A stretch of DNA of 64,000 nt, from NCBI GenBank assembly GCA_963796275.1, contig CAWCKY010000001.1, forward strand, positions 1,088,001 to 1,152,000, written 5' to 3'. The position numbers and the translations under genes were made by a program. The DNA is from an uncultured Acidobacteriota bacterium. Lineage in GTDB: Bacteria; Acidobacteriota; Blastocatellia; RBC074. Below the pieces are notes generated by a model. It saw nothing but the letters and a program-made list of their open reading frames with translations, did not search any database and was not told the origin of the DNA. Below, one piece after another: positions 18,899-30,858 of this stretch. Position 1 is the first letter of the stretch, and each line of letters starts with the position of its first letter.

Positions 18899-20339
18899 AT
18901 GAAAATACTCAATATTCCAATTCTGAGATGGGGTCAACCTTACAATAGTTTGGACAGAGAAGACGTGGTGCATTTCGTCACTGGCGAAACGCTGGCTCGG
19001 GTGAGCCAGGCGAACACCGGGCTACTGGGCCGTGACATACGTCACGCCGAACGCGCCCGAAATGCGCTGACCGCGATTCCGGTCTCGGAACTGATCGCAA
19101 TGATGAAGAAGGCGGCCGATTTATATCTTCATTCGACACTTCCGATGGGAGATGGGGAGCAAAGTCCGGACGACTTCGCCCGCCAGCAGTCCGCCAGCAC
19201 GGGATTACCAGAGCACATGTGCAAAGCCAACATGAGCAAGAACCACTTCGTGCTCTCGAATATGGAAAAGATACTGGATTCGCTGACTCGAGGATTGGAT
19301 TTGAATATCCTGACGCGCGGATACGGGGTCGAGTCTCGCGGAGTTACAGTCAGCTATCAGGTTCAGGCGCCCGTTCTAGGTTTGGTGCTGCCATCAAACT
19401 CTCCGGGCGTCCATACTCTGTGGCTGCCGGTGATCCCGATGCAGATCGGGCTGCTCCTGAAACCGGGTCCTCAAGAGCCGTGGACACCCTATCGAATGGC
19501 CGCCGCATTTACCGCGGCCGGCGTTCCCAAAGAGTCGATCGCCATCTATCCGGGCGGCGGCGAGATGGGTGCCGAGGTCCTGCGGCGATCCAATCGCACG
19601 ATGATCTTCGGCGGCACCGCGACGGTTGAACGGTATCGCGGCGACACACGCGTCCAGGTGCACGGACCAGGTTTTAGCAAAATTCTGCTGGGCGACGATG
19701 TGGTGGATGACTGGGAGAAGTATCTCGACGTGATGGTAGACAGCATATTTCTCAATAGCGGTCGCGGCTGCATCAATTGCTCGGGCGTCTGGGCCTCGCG
19801 TCACACGAAGGAGATCGCCGAGGCGCTGGCCGAACGAATCGGACCAATAGAGCCGAAGCAACCTGAGGATCCGCAGGCGAGCCTCGCCGCGTTCACCGTC
19901 CCTGGAGCCGCAAAAGCCATCTGGAAGAGCATCGAAACGGGATTGAACGCTGGGGGAACCGAACACGTCACCGCCAAATTCGGCCCGCGGCTGGTGGAGA
20001 AACAGCGCTGCGGATATCTGAGACCGGTCGTGGTCCATTGCGACTCACCAGAGACCGCGCTCTCCAACACCGAGTTCATGTTCCCCTTCGTCAGCGTGGT
20101 CCGGTGCCCGCAAAGCGAGATGCTGAATCGGGTCGGTCCAACATTAGTGGGCAGCGCAATTACAAACGACGAAAAATTCCAGCGGCAACTGATCGATGCG
20201 ACACACATCGACCGGTTGAACATCGGACCCGGTTCCCACGATCCAACTCGACTGGCTGCAGCCACACGAGGGGAATATAGTCGAGTTCCTATTTCGGCCG
20301 AGGGCATTTCAGGCAAAACAGGAAAAAGTAGCAGTTTAA
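18899..20339 (+). CDS. Aldehyde dehydrogenase-fold protein (EhpG/GriD/LuxC-like), one-base frameshift near 20229
   Basis: LPSNSPG, LKPG, FGG, HGPG.SK, NSGRGCIN catalytic Cys, EFMFP; the shifted frame gives a plausible end VPTIQLDWLQPHEGNIVEFLFRPRAFQ, stop at 20339. Confidence 0.8.
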
Positions 20340-21209
20340 AAGAGTGGATCGGTCCAACGCAGGCAGGCCCCGCAATCAAAAACGACGGAAAGTTCCGGCG
20401 GCTGGTCGATCCGACACACATAATCCGCCTGAACCCGGGTCAGTGGCTATCATTCGGAGCAGTAGCGGGGAGAATTGTGGAATTCTTGGTCCGTCAGGGC
20501 ATTTCATGCCAGGCGGGTATAAAACGACACACATTTAACTCAATACACAAAAAACAAGAACTCAGAAATAGATCAACATTCAGCAGCCTGGGTGCGTCTG
20601 ACTCTATTTCTATCATTGTTCTTTCCTCATTCTTTGATATTCGCGATCTAAATCACAATCCTTTTATTTTTAGCTATTTGCGATAGCACTTTAGCTTCGT
20701 GGTCAATAAGGCGCGTGTTCCTGCCTTCAAAAATTCAACGTGTGGCATGAGGCTACTCTCAATTTTGAATTTTTAAAGGAGTGTGTCGAAATTATCCTTT
20801 AACCATTCTTTTTTTAACTTCTGCCCACTTTTTCAGCGACCACGAGAGATACTGAAAGCATTAAATTAAATAAAGTTATCGCCAGCGATTACACTGACTC
20901 GTTTCGGTAAATATAGGTACTGCAGGGTTTGCCGATTCTTCCCAGGGCACGGCCTGTAACTTTGGGGATTAGCTGGCCAGGCGGATGGATGTGTCAGTGT
21001 GACTGGCATCCGGGTTGCTGGGTAAACGGGGAATTAATAGTTTTACTCACAAATAGCTTACCTAACCCAGCAAGCTTCGCTCTCTCTCTAAATAGAGGGC
21101 TAGAAGAGGTCTGTTCAATAGGTAGATATAGATTAGAAGGCAGAGCTGGTCAAGAGGCGCAGTTAGGAACCTGACGATTAACAACTAACCACGCGAGGTG
21201 AAAATAAAG

Positions 21210-23007
21210 ATGTCCACGAATATCAGTCCGCCGCAGCCGACGAGTACGTCCCGGTCATTAGTCAACATAGCTTCAAAAGAAGAAACGCTCAGGCAGCAGC
21301 TGGCGGAAGAACGCGCTCGCCTGGCTCGTGAGATGGGTATAGAGGAGCAGCAAAAGCAGCAATTCAAGCGGCCGGTCGAGAATCCGTTCACTAAAAGCCA
21401 GCGCGAGCACACCACGCTGCTTTTCGGTGGGCTCACCTGGAAGCACGAACAGCTGGTTCATGGCGCCCTGGAAGGGCTGGGGTATAAGTGCGAGGCGATT
21501 CCGACGCCGAATGTGTCCGCATTCCAGTTGGGTAAGGAATATGGCAATAACGGCCAGTGCAATCCAACCTACTTCACGGTCGGGAATCTGGTGCAATTTC
21601 TGCAGGGGCTCGAAAATCAGGGTCAATCGCGCCAGGATATTATCGATAATTACGTCTTCTTCACGGCCGGGGCGTGTGGTCCCTGCCGGTTCGGAATGTA
21701 CGAAGCCGAGTACCGTCTCGCGCTGCGAAATTCCGGTTTCGACGGTTTCCGGGTCATGCTCTTTCAACAGTCGGGCGGATTGAACCAGTCGGAAGCCGAA
21801 GCCGGATTGGAGATGAACGTAGACTTTTTCCTCGCCATCCTCAATGCCCTCAATATGGGCGACCTTATCAATGACGCGTGCTATCAGATTCGGCCATACG
21901 AGGTAAACCCCGGCGAGACGGACGCTGTGATGAAGGAGTGCATGGATTACCTGCACGACGTCTTCAAGAGTCACCGGAAGTTCGCGCTGGATAACACGAC
22001 CGCCGGTTTCCTCAAGAATCTGCCGATCGGAGACACTGCCGAATATATCGGTAAGTTTCTCGATCAGCTTTTTGGCACCGAATACCAGGACGCATTCAAG
22101 ATAGTCGGTGAGAAGCTGGCGCAGATCAAAGTTGACCGGACGCGCGCCAAACCGATGGTCAAAGTGACCGGCGAGTTCTTGGCGCAGACGACCGAAGGCG
22201 ACGGTAATTTCAATATGTTCCGCTTTCTCGAGGGCGAGGGCGCACAGGTGCTGGTCGAACCGATCGGGACCTGGATTATGTACCTGATGCATCAGGCCAA
22301 GCAGCAGAAGAAGGATCGCAAGGGGGTCAACGAGAATGAGGCGATGCCGGCGGCCTGGCGCATCGACAAGCGTATCAAGAACGAACTGAGGACCGAAGAA
22401 ATCTTTGGCGCAGCTGACGCTGGCCGAGGCCATCTTCAAGCGTGAGTGGAACCGGCTGCGGGAGACTCTCAACTATCTGCCGCACGATCTGACCGACCAG
22501 TATGAGCTCCAGCGGATGGCGCATCCCTTCTACAACTCGCGCGCCGCGGGCGGTGAAGGGCACCTGGAGGTCGCCAAGAATATTTATTACTCGAACAAGG
22601 ACCTCGCGCACATGGTCCTTTCGCTCAAGCCATTCGGATGCATGCCTTCGACGCAATCGGACGGAGCGCAGTCTGCGGTCGTCAACCTCTACAAGGAAAT
22701 GATCTACCTGCCGATCGAAACATCGGGTGAGGGCGAAATAAATGCCCACAGCCGCGTGCAGATGGCATTGGGCGAAGCGAAGGTTAAATGCAAGCAGGAG
22801 TTCGCGCGCGTAATCGAAGAGACCGGTATGACGGTCGAGGCGGTGCGCGAGTATGTGGCCGGCCATCCGGAGCTGGAGAGCGGTCTCTATCACGTCCCGC
22901 ATTACAAGGGGATCGTCGGGACGGCGGCGAACTTCGTCAAGCATGTGTCGGAATTGATGGCCGCGGATAAACGCGCGCATGTGGCGACCAATGCTGCTGC
23001 TCATTAA
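21210..23007 (+). CDS. 2-hydroxyacyl-CoA dehydratase-like Fe-S subunit (PlsR-like), frameshift near 22400
   Basis: QCNPTY, GACGPCRFGMY, VTGEF and KPFGCMP motifs across ORFs 21198-22445 and 22405-23007; GAGGTG RBS before ATG 21210. Confidence 0.8.
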
Positions 23008-23264
23008 ATGCGAGTGAGCGCATTGAGAAAGGTGACCAGGGGAATATTGGCCGGGGGGTGGGGGCCGCAAGGTGGCCGGGTGGTGGAGCGAAGGTATTCC
23101 TGGTTACTGGCATATGAAAGTCGCGGAGCCCTGTAGGGGTGTGATTACTCCTAATTGCGCTTCTCAGGGCTGGTCGAAATTGGAACATCTTCCAGGGCTG
23201 CGCGGTGCTTTGCTCCTGGCTATTAGCTTGTGCCCCTTTGGGGCTTCAATAGGTAGCATAGATA

Positions 23265-26200
23265 ATGAACCAAAATTACGAGAGGCTCTATATTGGACTG
23301 GACGTCGGTTCGACCACCGTCAAAGCGGTTGTGGTGGATCCGGTGAAGGACGAGATCCTGTGGCAGGACTACCAGCGTCACGAAACCAAACAGCCTGAGA
23401 AAGTCCTCGAATTTTTAGGGCGGATTGAAGCTGAATTTCCCATCTCAACAAGAGAACGTCCGCATATTCGTCACCGGTTCGGGCGGCGGCGGCCTGGCGC
23501 GTTTGATCGGCGCGAAATTCGTGCAGGAGGTCAATGCCGTCTCGCTTGCGGTCGAGAAGCTCTATCCCGAAGCCGGATCGGTCATCGAACTGGGCGGCCA
23601 GGACGCAAAGATCATCATCTTCAAGGAAGACCCTGAGACAGGGAAGAAGAAGAAGATCCCATCGATGAACGACAAGTGCGCGGGCGGCACGGGCGCGGTC
23701 ATCGACAAGATCAACGCCAAGCTGCGCATCCCGGCGGATAAGCTCTGCGAGATGGGTTATTACGGGTTGAAGCTGCACCCGTCGCGGGCAAGTGCGGCGT
23801 CTTTGCCGAGACGGACATCAACGGCCTGCAGAAGATGGGCGTGCCGCCCGACGAGCTGATGGCTTCGCTGTTCGAGGCGATCGTCGGGCAGAACCTTTCG
23901 GTGCTCACGCGCGGCAATACGCTGAGGCCTCACGTCTTGCTGCTCGGCGGTCCGAACACCTACATCCGCGGCATGGTCGATGCCTGGAAATACAACATAC
24001 CCAAGGTGTGGGAAGAGCGCGGCTATCCGCTGCCGGAAGGAGTCGATCCGAAGGAACTGATCAAAGTACCGCATAACGCGCAGTATTTCGCGGCGCTCGG
24101 CGCGGTCGAGTTCGGAAAATCGGAAGACGAGACTGTCGGGGTCTATCGCGGTCGCGCCGACCTCGAACACTACATCAACGTCGGCCGGCTCGAAGAGAAG
24201 AAGAAAGCCGGCGGCAAGGGGCTCTCGAGCAATCCGGATGAGCTGAGCTTCGTTCAAGGAAAAATACAAACACAAGAAATTCATCCCGGCCGTTTTTCAA
24301 TCGGGCCAGGTGATCGAGGGTTTTATCGGCCTCGATGGCGGCTCGACATCGACCAAGGCAGTGCTGCTCGACAAGGACCGGAATGTCCTGGTCAAGACCT
24401 ATCAGCTATCGAAAGGCAACCCGATCGAGGACACGAAAGAGGTCTTTGCGAAGCTGGAGAAGCAGGTGACCGATCAGGGGGCGGCGCTCAAGGTGATGGG
24501 CGTCGGCACTACCGGTTATGCCAAGGACATCCTGAAGGACGTTCTCGCGGCGGATGTCGCGCTGGTCGAAACCGTCGCGCACACCGAATCGGCTCTGCAG
24601 TTCTACAACGACGTGGACGTCATCGTCGATGTCGGCGGGCAGGACATCAAGCTGATCATTCTGAAGAACCGCCAGGTCAAGGACTTCAAGCTCAACACGC
24701 AATGCTCGGCGGGCAACGGCTACTTCCTGCAATCGACGGCCGAAGGTTTCGGCGATGAAGGTCGAAGAATACGCCGACATCGCCTTCGCCGCGCAAGTCG
24801 ATGCCGAATTTCGGCTACGGCTGCGCGGTCTTCATGCAGTCGGACATCGTCGATTTCCAGCGGCAGGGCTGGAAGCCGGAAGAGATCATGGCCGGGCTGG
24901 CAGCGGTGTTGCCGAAGAACATCTGGCTGTACGTCTCGCAGATTCCGAACATCGCGGGGCTCGGGACAAACTTCGTCCTGCAGGGCGGGACGCAGCACAA
25001 TCTGGCGGCCGTCAAATCGCAGGTCGATTTCATCGAGTCGCGCTTCAAAGGCAAGGAAATCCAGCCTCGACGTCATCGTCCACGAGCACTGCGGCGAGTC
25101 GGGCGCCATCGGCGCGGCGATCGAAGTCGATCAGGCTCTGGGGCAATGGGAAGCAGTCGAGCTTCATCGGTTTGGATAAAGTGGGGCAGGTCAGCTACGA
25201 CACGCACCGCAATGAGAACACGCGCTGTTACTTCTGCAAGAACAAATGTCTGAGAACTTTCATCGACGTGAAGGTAGTGGGTGCGCCTGTTGAAGAGCAG
25301 GAGCAGCCGCGCAAATCGAAGATTCCGATCCTGCCGGGCGTCAAGCGGTTGATCGTCGGCAACTCGTGCGATAAGGGATTGGTCGAAGACGTCAACGATA
25401 TGAAAGTTATCAAGAAGGGGATGGATGAAGTCAAAGCTGCCAACCCCAACTTCGTCGAGGTCGCGGCCAAGGCGGTCTGGCGCAGCTTCAACCCGCCGAA
25501 TGTCGCCGATCCTCCGCACAAGTTCGCTCTGACTCAGACGCAGAAGCAGCGCAACGAACTGGTCAAGCGGCGCGCGAAGATGCGCATCGGCATTCCGCGC
25601 GTGCTCAACCAGTATTCGGTCAATCCGCTCTTCTCGGCATATTTCGAGAGCTTGGGCGTACCGCCGCAGAACTTAATCTATTCGGATTACACGACCGAGC
25701 AGCTCTACAAGGAAGGCGCGAAGCGCGGAGCGATCGATCCGTGTTTCCCGTCGAAAGTGGGCATCCCGCACGTGCATAATCTGCTCCACGTGCATCACAA
25801 GAAGAAGCCGCTCGATATGATCTTCTTCCCGATGATCGATGCCCTGCCATCGGATTTATTCAATACGCTATCGAGCCGCGCCTGCCCGACGGTGACCACA
25901 ACGCCGGAGGCCGTCAAAGCCGCGTTCATCAAAGAGGGCAATCTCTTTGATGAGATGGGGATCAAGTATCTCAATCCGATTTTGAACATCGATAAGCCGC
26001 GTTTTCTCGAGAAGCAGATGTACGAGGCCTTCAAGGACATTCTTGGTCTGACGCAGAACGAGCATCACCGCGCCATCGAGGAAGGGCTCAAGGCTCTCGA
26101 CAACTTCTACAATGTGCAGCTACGCGGCGCGGCGCGCGAGGCGCTCAATCAGCTCGAGGCTGAGGACAAACTCGGCGTAGTGGTGCTGGCCCGGCCCTAT

Positions 26201-26807
26201 CACAACGATCCCGGCCTAAATCACGAGATCCTCGAAGAGTTCCAGAAGCTCGGATATCCGGTCTTCACCATGGATTCGTCTGCCGATGGATGACGACATC
26301 CTTTGGCGATTGTTCGGCGACGATGTGCGCGCCGGAATCATCAAGCATCCGATGGATATTCAGGATGCGTGGAAGAACTCATATTCGGAGAATACCAGCC
26401 GCAAGGTCTGGGCGGCCAAATACACGGCGCGCCATCCTAATCTGGTCGCGCTCGAGTTGTCTTCGTTCAAGTGCGGTCACGACGCGCCGATTTACACGGT
26501 AGTCGAAGAGACCGTTCAGAATTCGGGCACGCCGTATTTCTGCTTCAAGGATATCGATGAGAACAAGCCGACCGGCTCGATCAAGATTCGCGTCGAGACA
26601 ATCGGTTATTTCCTCAAGCGATATCGCGAGGACATGATCAAGAACAAAAATAAAGTGAAGACGCTGGAAGATCGCATGGCCGAGTACGAGCGGATGCTGC
26701 GACTGCAGCTGGAATTGGAAGAGAAGACCCAAGCATCAGAGTTTGGTAAATCGCTTCCGGTGCTGCCGGTGAATGTCTCGAACGAGCATCACATCGGAGC
26801 CGATTGA
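23265..26807 (+). CDS. CoA-substrate activase: two BadF/BadG/BcrA/BcrD ATPase domains + DUF2229 (PlsA/Ger-like), multiple frameshifts
   Basis: GLDVGSTT, ELGGQDAK, NDKCAGGTG; GLDGGSTS, DVGGQDIK, NTQCSAGNG, GCAVF; CYFCKNKC; IGIPR, CFPSK, CPTV, RPYH, FKCGHD; pieces spread over about 8 overlapping ORFs. Confidence 0.82.
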
Positions 26808-26811
26808 GGCC

Positions 26812-26876
26812 TGTTTTCAGTTTTTTCAGCGGGCCTTGGTTTTGAAACTGAAAACTGAAAACTGAAAACTGAAACT
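26812..26876. repeat. Inverted heptamer array (TTTTCAG / CTGAAAA)
   Basis: AAACTGA x4 with complementary upstream units. Confidence 0.7.
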
Positions 26877-26878
26877 TT

Positions 26879-27160
26879 TTGGGTATGCGTGAATCGGAAA
26901 AAGTCATGTTCCAGATCTATCGTGAAGCGAGCTACAACCGCCGCTACAAGGTGGTCTACTTCACTGAGCTGAATGAACATAACAAAGAGACGGAGATTAA
27001 TCGCGCGATGGCCGGCGACCATTATTTCGATGGCTTTCTCAAGGGGAATCACAAAGAGGAAGCCAAGGCCGTTATTGATCTGGTGCTCGCTCGCCTCAAC
27101 AACGGCGAGGCGGTTCGCCCCGATGAGATAGAGAGGGAGTTGGATGGTTACCTTGCCTGA
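26879..27160 (+). CDS. Small hypothetical protein in the radical SAM cluster
   Basis: ~90-aa ORF, co-oriented, protein-like composition (YFTEL.EH...EI.RAMAG). Confidence 0.7.
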   Translation: MGMRESEKVMFQIYREASYNRRYKVVYFTELNEHNKETEINRAMAGDHYFDGFLKGNHKEEAKAVIDLVLARLNNGEAVRPDEIERELDGYLA

Positions 27161-27303
27161 ATCAGGACGGGACAGGTAGTTGTTGTAAGCATTCATCCTT
27201 GAAGCCATTAGAGTCATTCATGTCGTCGCAGACGACATACAGATAACGATGCCAGCTACTGGGAGCAAGCGCTAGCAGTAGTTGCAGAGGAGCTAAAACA
27301 GAT

Positions 27304-29397
27304 ATGCATAAACCTATAAAATATTTTGAAAAGGGCCTGACATACGCGGCGGGGGCAGCCTGGGCCGTGTTTGAACGACTCAATAGCATCAGGCCGAACC
27401 CTTCGTTCACTCCGAAATGGTCCGACAAGCCGCTGCTCAAATCCTGGCAGAAAACCAAGCCCACCCTCGGCTGGCCGCGCACTACTGACAGCCTTTGTCC
27501 GAAATGCATCCCCGAGATCCGTCAAAAGATCCTCGACGGTGACATACCGGTGGACATCCTGCGTAATGATAGAGTAGGCGAGATTAAGGCTCAGATAGTT
27601 GAGCGCGATGGCAAGATCCTCATGATCAAGGATTGTCCGGTCCATGGCCATTTCGAAGATGTGATGTCGATCGATCCGACGATGTTTCGCCATCTTGAAG
27701 AAGCCTTCCCCGGTCGCGATATTCGGGCGCACAACGACGAGAAGCTCCACGATCACGGATCGAGCACGATCCAACACGGCCGCGGCGCGGTGCTGACCAT
27801 CGACCTGACCAACCGCTGCAATATGATGTGCGATCCGTGCTTTATGGACGCGAATCAGGTCGGCTTCGTCCACGAGCTGAGCTGGGAAGAGATCAAGACG
27901 ATGCTCGATAACGCCATCTCGATCAAGCCGCGCCGCCAGCTATCGGTGCAGTTCTCGGGAGGCGAACCGACTCTCTCGCCCCACTTCCTCGACGCCATCA
28001 GATACTCGCGCGAAGTGGGTTACAACAGCGTCCAGTCGGCGACCAATGGGATCGAATTCGCCAAGAGCAAAGAGTTCTGCCGCAAGGCTGCCGAGGCGGG
28101 ACTGCGTTATGCCTATCTTCAGTTCGACGGCATCGGCAATGCCGCCAACAGCCACCGCAAGGTCGGCAACCTTTTTGATGTGAAGCTGCAGGCGATCCAG
28201 AACCTTCACGAGGCCGGCGTCGAGGTGGTCCCGGTCACGACGATCGTCAATGGGATCAATAATGAACAGGTTGGGCGCATCATCGAATTCGCGCTCGACA
28301 ACCCGAAGATCATCTCACTCTGCTCCTTCCAGCCTGTTTCATTCACCGGCCGCGACGAAGAAATCACGGATGAGCGGAGACACGCTCAGCGTTACACGCT
28401 CTCGCACCTGGCGCACGATGTTAAGAAACAAACGGGGCTGGGCGAACCCGTTCGCGACTGGTTCCCGATCTCGTTCATGGGCACATTTTCGGATTGGGCC
28501 GATCTCGTGCACGGGCCGGATCATGATTGGGGCCAGTTGAGCTGCGGTTGCCATCCGAATTGCGGCGTCGGCATGGCCGTCATGGTCGATAAGCAGACGA
28601 AAGAGGCCGCACCGCTCACTGCTTTCTTGAACATAGACCGGTTGGCTAAAGATGTGCAAAAGGTCAATGACGCGGGCCGCGGTAAATTTCTGTCGGTTCT
28701 AGGTATGGCGCTGGCCGTCGCGAAAAATTACGATCCCTTCAAGGCGACCACGCACTTTCATCTGTGGAGCCTGCTCATGAAATTCGACAAGGGGTTCGGC
28801 GCGAGCGGGCGTAATTACGGCAATGTCAATGGAAATCGAACGATGGAGGACATCGAGAAGCGGCGCAGCGACCGCTGGAACATTCTCTTCCTCGCCGGGA
28901 TGTGGTTCCAGGATCTCTTTAACTACGATTTCCGACGCACTGAAATGTGTATCATCCCTTACGCGACGCAAGAGGGCGAGATCAGTTTCTGCGCGTATAA
29001 CACCGGCGTCGGCTGGCGGCAAATCGTCGAGAAGATGCATATGACCGCGACGCTGACCAAATGGTACGAAGAACACGGGCGCCACGAGATTTTCGCGGGC
29101 GGGAAGAGCGTCAATCTCAATGCCGTCGATCATAAGATGTTGCTTCGCGAAGAACTGATAACTCAGGATGTTCAGCACGATCTCGACCGACTTGGTATCG
29201 CCAAGAATTCCCGCGAAGAGCAGATCAAAGCGCGCGCTGAGAAGCTGCGCCAGCAAAAAGAGAACGAGCGCATGGCGCAACTCTATCGCCAGCACATCTT
29301 GAAAGAGCCGGAAGAAGAGAAGCCGAAGCTGGTGCAGATCGAAATGGGCGGTAAGCCCAAGGTCAGCGAGGAAGTCGCTTCAGTTTCAGGAGATTGA
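27304..29397 (+). CDS. Radical SAM protein, tetraether synthase (Tes/GDGT-MAS, MJ0619-like) homolog
   Basis: N-terminal SLCPKC...KDCPVHG rubredoxin-like site; DLTNRCNMMCDPC; QFSGGEPT; YLQFDG; FQPVSFTGR; CHPNCG; C-terminal CIIPY...SFCAYN auxiliary-cluster motif. Confidence 0.85.
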   Translation: MHKPIKYFEKGLTYAAGAAWAVFERLNSIRPNPSFTPKWSDKPLLKSWQKTKPTLGWPRTTDSLCPKCIPEIRQKILDGDIPVDILRNDRVGEIKAQIVERDGKILMIKDCPVHGHFEDVMSIDPTMFRHLEEAFPGRDIRAHNDEKLHDHGSSTIQHGRGAVLTIDLTNRCNMMCDPCFMDANQVGFVHELSWEEIKTMLDNAISIKPRRQLSVQFSGGEPTLSPHFLDAIRYSREVGYNSVQSATNGIEFAKSKEFCRKAAEAGLRYAYLQFDGIGNAANSHRKVGNLFDVKLQAIQNLHEAGVEVVPVTTIVNGINNEQVGRIIEFALDNPKIISLCSFQPVSFTGRDEEITDERRHAQRYTLSHLAHDVKKQTGLGEPVRDWFPISFMGTFSDWADLVHGPDHDWGQLSCGCHPNCGVGMAVMVDKQTKEAAPLTAFLNIDRLAKDVQKVNDAGRGKFLSVLGMALAVAKNYDPFKATTHFHLWSLLMKFDKGFGASGRNYGNVNGNRTMEDIEKRRSDRWNILFLAGMWFQDLFNYDFRRTEMCIIPYATQEGEISFCAYNTGVGWRQIVEKMHMTATLTKWYEEHGRHEIFAGGKSVNLNAVDHKMLLREELITQDVQHDLDRLGIAKNSREEQIKARAEKLRQQKENERMAQLYRQHILKEPEEEKPKLVQIEMGGKPKVSEEVASVSGD

Positions 29398-29568
29398 GTC
29401 ATCTCCAGGTGAGTTACAAAAAGTTCTTGACGAGGTTTGTTCTGATTTATGCCCGTGTTTTTGGGGCTTCGAGTTGAACTAACCAGCTTTTAAACTCACT
29501 TCCAGAGTATTTTTTGGGATTTATTACACAACCAACTTGCTATCGAGAACAGGAAAGGAGCACTAGGC

Positions 29569-30858
29569 ATGCTTGAAGAAGCGGGCGTAGACAATCAGGC
29601 AACACAGGCGCCATCGACACCGACTTATAGAGTCGATGTTCCGCTCTATACGCTCTTGCAAAAGACATCTGCCGGCAGATCGACATTGCCGCAGAGGGAT
29701 GAACCGGCGACTCTTCCGGATCCGGTCTTCCCCATGTTAACCAGGACCACGGACCTCAAGCGATCGGGGTTCATTTATCACGCCAATAATGGCGTGCGCG
29801 CCTTCCGGCGCTGGATGGTTCCATACATCCAATCGCGCATCTATGCCGATGAGTTCCGGCCATTGCTTTCGTACCTCTTCACTGAATGGAAGTGCAATCT
29901 CGATTGCCATTACTGCTGGTCGTACAATAACAACATCAAAGGAATGTCGGAGGATGTTGCCCGCCGTTCCATCGACTGGCTGCATTCGGTCGGCTGTCGC
30001 GTAATCGCGATCATGGGCGGCGAGCCGCTTCTGCGGCCGAAGTTCATTCACAAGATCGTCTATTACGGAACGAAGCGCGGATTCTTTGTTTATCTGCCGA
30101 CAAACGGTAGATTGATGAAGCCCGAGGTGACCGATTGGCTGGGCGATGCGGGCGTCGCCGCGATCAACTTCGCCGTCGATTGCGTGGACGAGAAGCCGGG
30201 TCTGCCCAAAATACTCAACAAAATCAGGTCTAATTTCGACTATCTGGTCAAGGTTCAACGGAAATACGGCTACATGATGGTCTTCAACATCAACATCTGC
30301 CGTAACAACATGGATGACGTCAAAGAGCTGACGGAGATCGCGCACGACAACGGTATCTCGACCGATTATCACATCAACGAGACGCCGATGCTCGAGCAGG
30401 ATCACTTCAAGCACTATAATGACAATCCCACTTATCTGCGGCCGGAAGATTTTCCGAAGGTCGATGAGCTGCTCGATTACCTGATCGACAAGAACAAGCA
30501 GGGCTACATCATGGTCAACTCCAAGGCGCACCTGGAGCGTATGAAACTCTTCATGCGCGGCCACGTCGAGCCGTGGAATTGCCGGGCGGGCCATAATTCG
30601 CTGATCATTCGCACCGACGGAACGCTCGCGCCGTGCTTCCCGATGTACTCCGCGACCGTGGACTGGGGTACCATCGAGAATCATAAGTTCGATAATAAAC
30701 AGCTCGACGTGATGAAGAAGGACTGCGTCAAGCATTGCCTCTCGACGTGCCAGTATGTGCTCGGTCATTACTATAACAACCAGACCGTTCTGCGCTGGAT
30801 CGTCAAACAGGCATTGCATGGCATGAGCGGTAATACCACGGCTATAGCGCAAACGTAA
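29569..30858 (+). CDS. Radical SAM protein with SPASM/twitch-like C-terminal Cys cluster
   Basis: CNLDCHYC, MGGEP, CRAG...DG..APC, C..HCLSTC; AGGAG RBS. Confidence 0.9.
   Translation: MLEEAGVDNQATQAPSTPTYRVDVPLYTLLQKTSAGRSTLPQRDEPATLPDPVFPMLTRTTDLKRSGFIYHANNGVRAFRRWMVPYIQSRIYADEFRPLLSYLFTEWKCNLDCHYCWSYNNNIKGMSEDVARRSIDWLHSVGCRVIAIMGGEPLLRPKFIHKIVYYGTKRGFFVYLPTNGRLMKPEVTDWLGDAGVAAINFAVDCVDEKPGLPKILNKIRSNFDYLVKVQRKYGYMMVFNINICRNNMDDVKELTEIAHDNGISTDYHINETPMLEQDHFKHYNDNPTYLRPEDFPKVDELLDYLIDKNKQGYIMVNSKAHLERMKLFMRGHVEPWNCRAGHNSLIIRTDGTLAPCFPMYSATVDWGTIENHKFDNKQLDVMKKDCVKHCLSTCQYVLGHYYNNQTVLRWIVKQALHGMSGNTTAIAQT

Noticed and set aside
20132-20506. DGR template/variable repeat pair using the nearby reverse transcriptase
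   Set aside because: Mismatches are not adenine-specific and include indels; the only RT is a canonical group II intron protein with intact intron RNA ends.
20340-20686. C-terminal extension of the 595-aa ALDH ORF
   Set aside because: It arises from the frameshift near 20229; the likely true C-terminus ends at 20339.
21198-26807. About nine frameshifts in the PlsR/PlsA-like genes as pseudogenisation or programmed recoding
   Set aside because: Conserved motifs persist with no in-frame nonsense decay, and similar single-base slips occur in unrelated genes (16830, 20229, 33248, 39150). Long-read consensus error is the simplest explanation; read-level checking would settle it.
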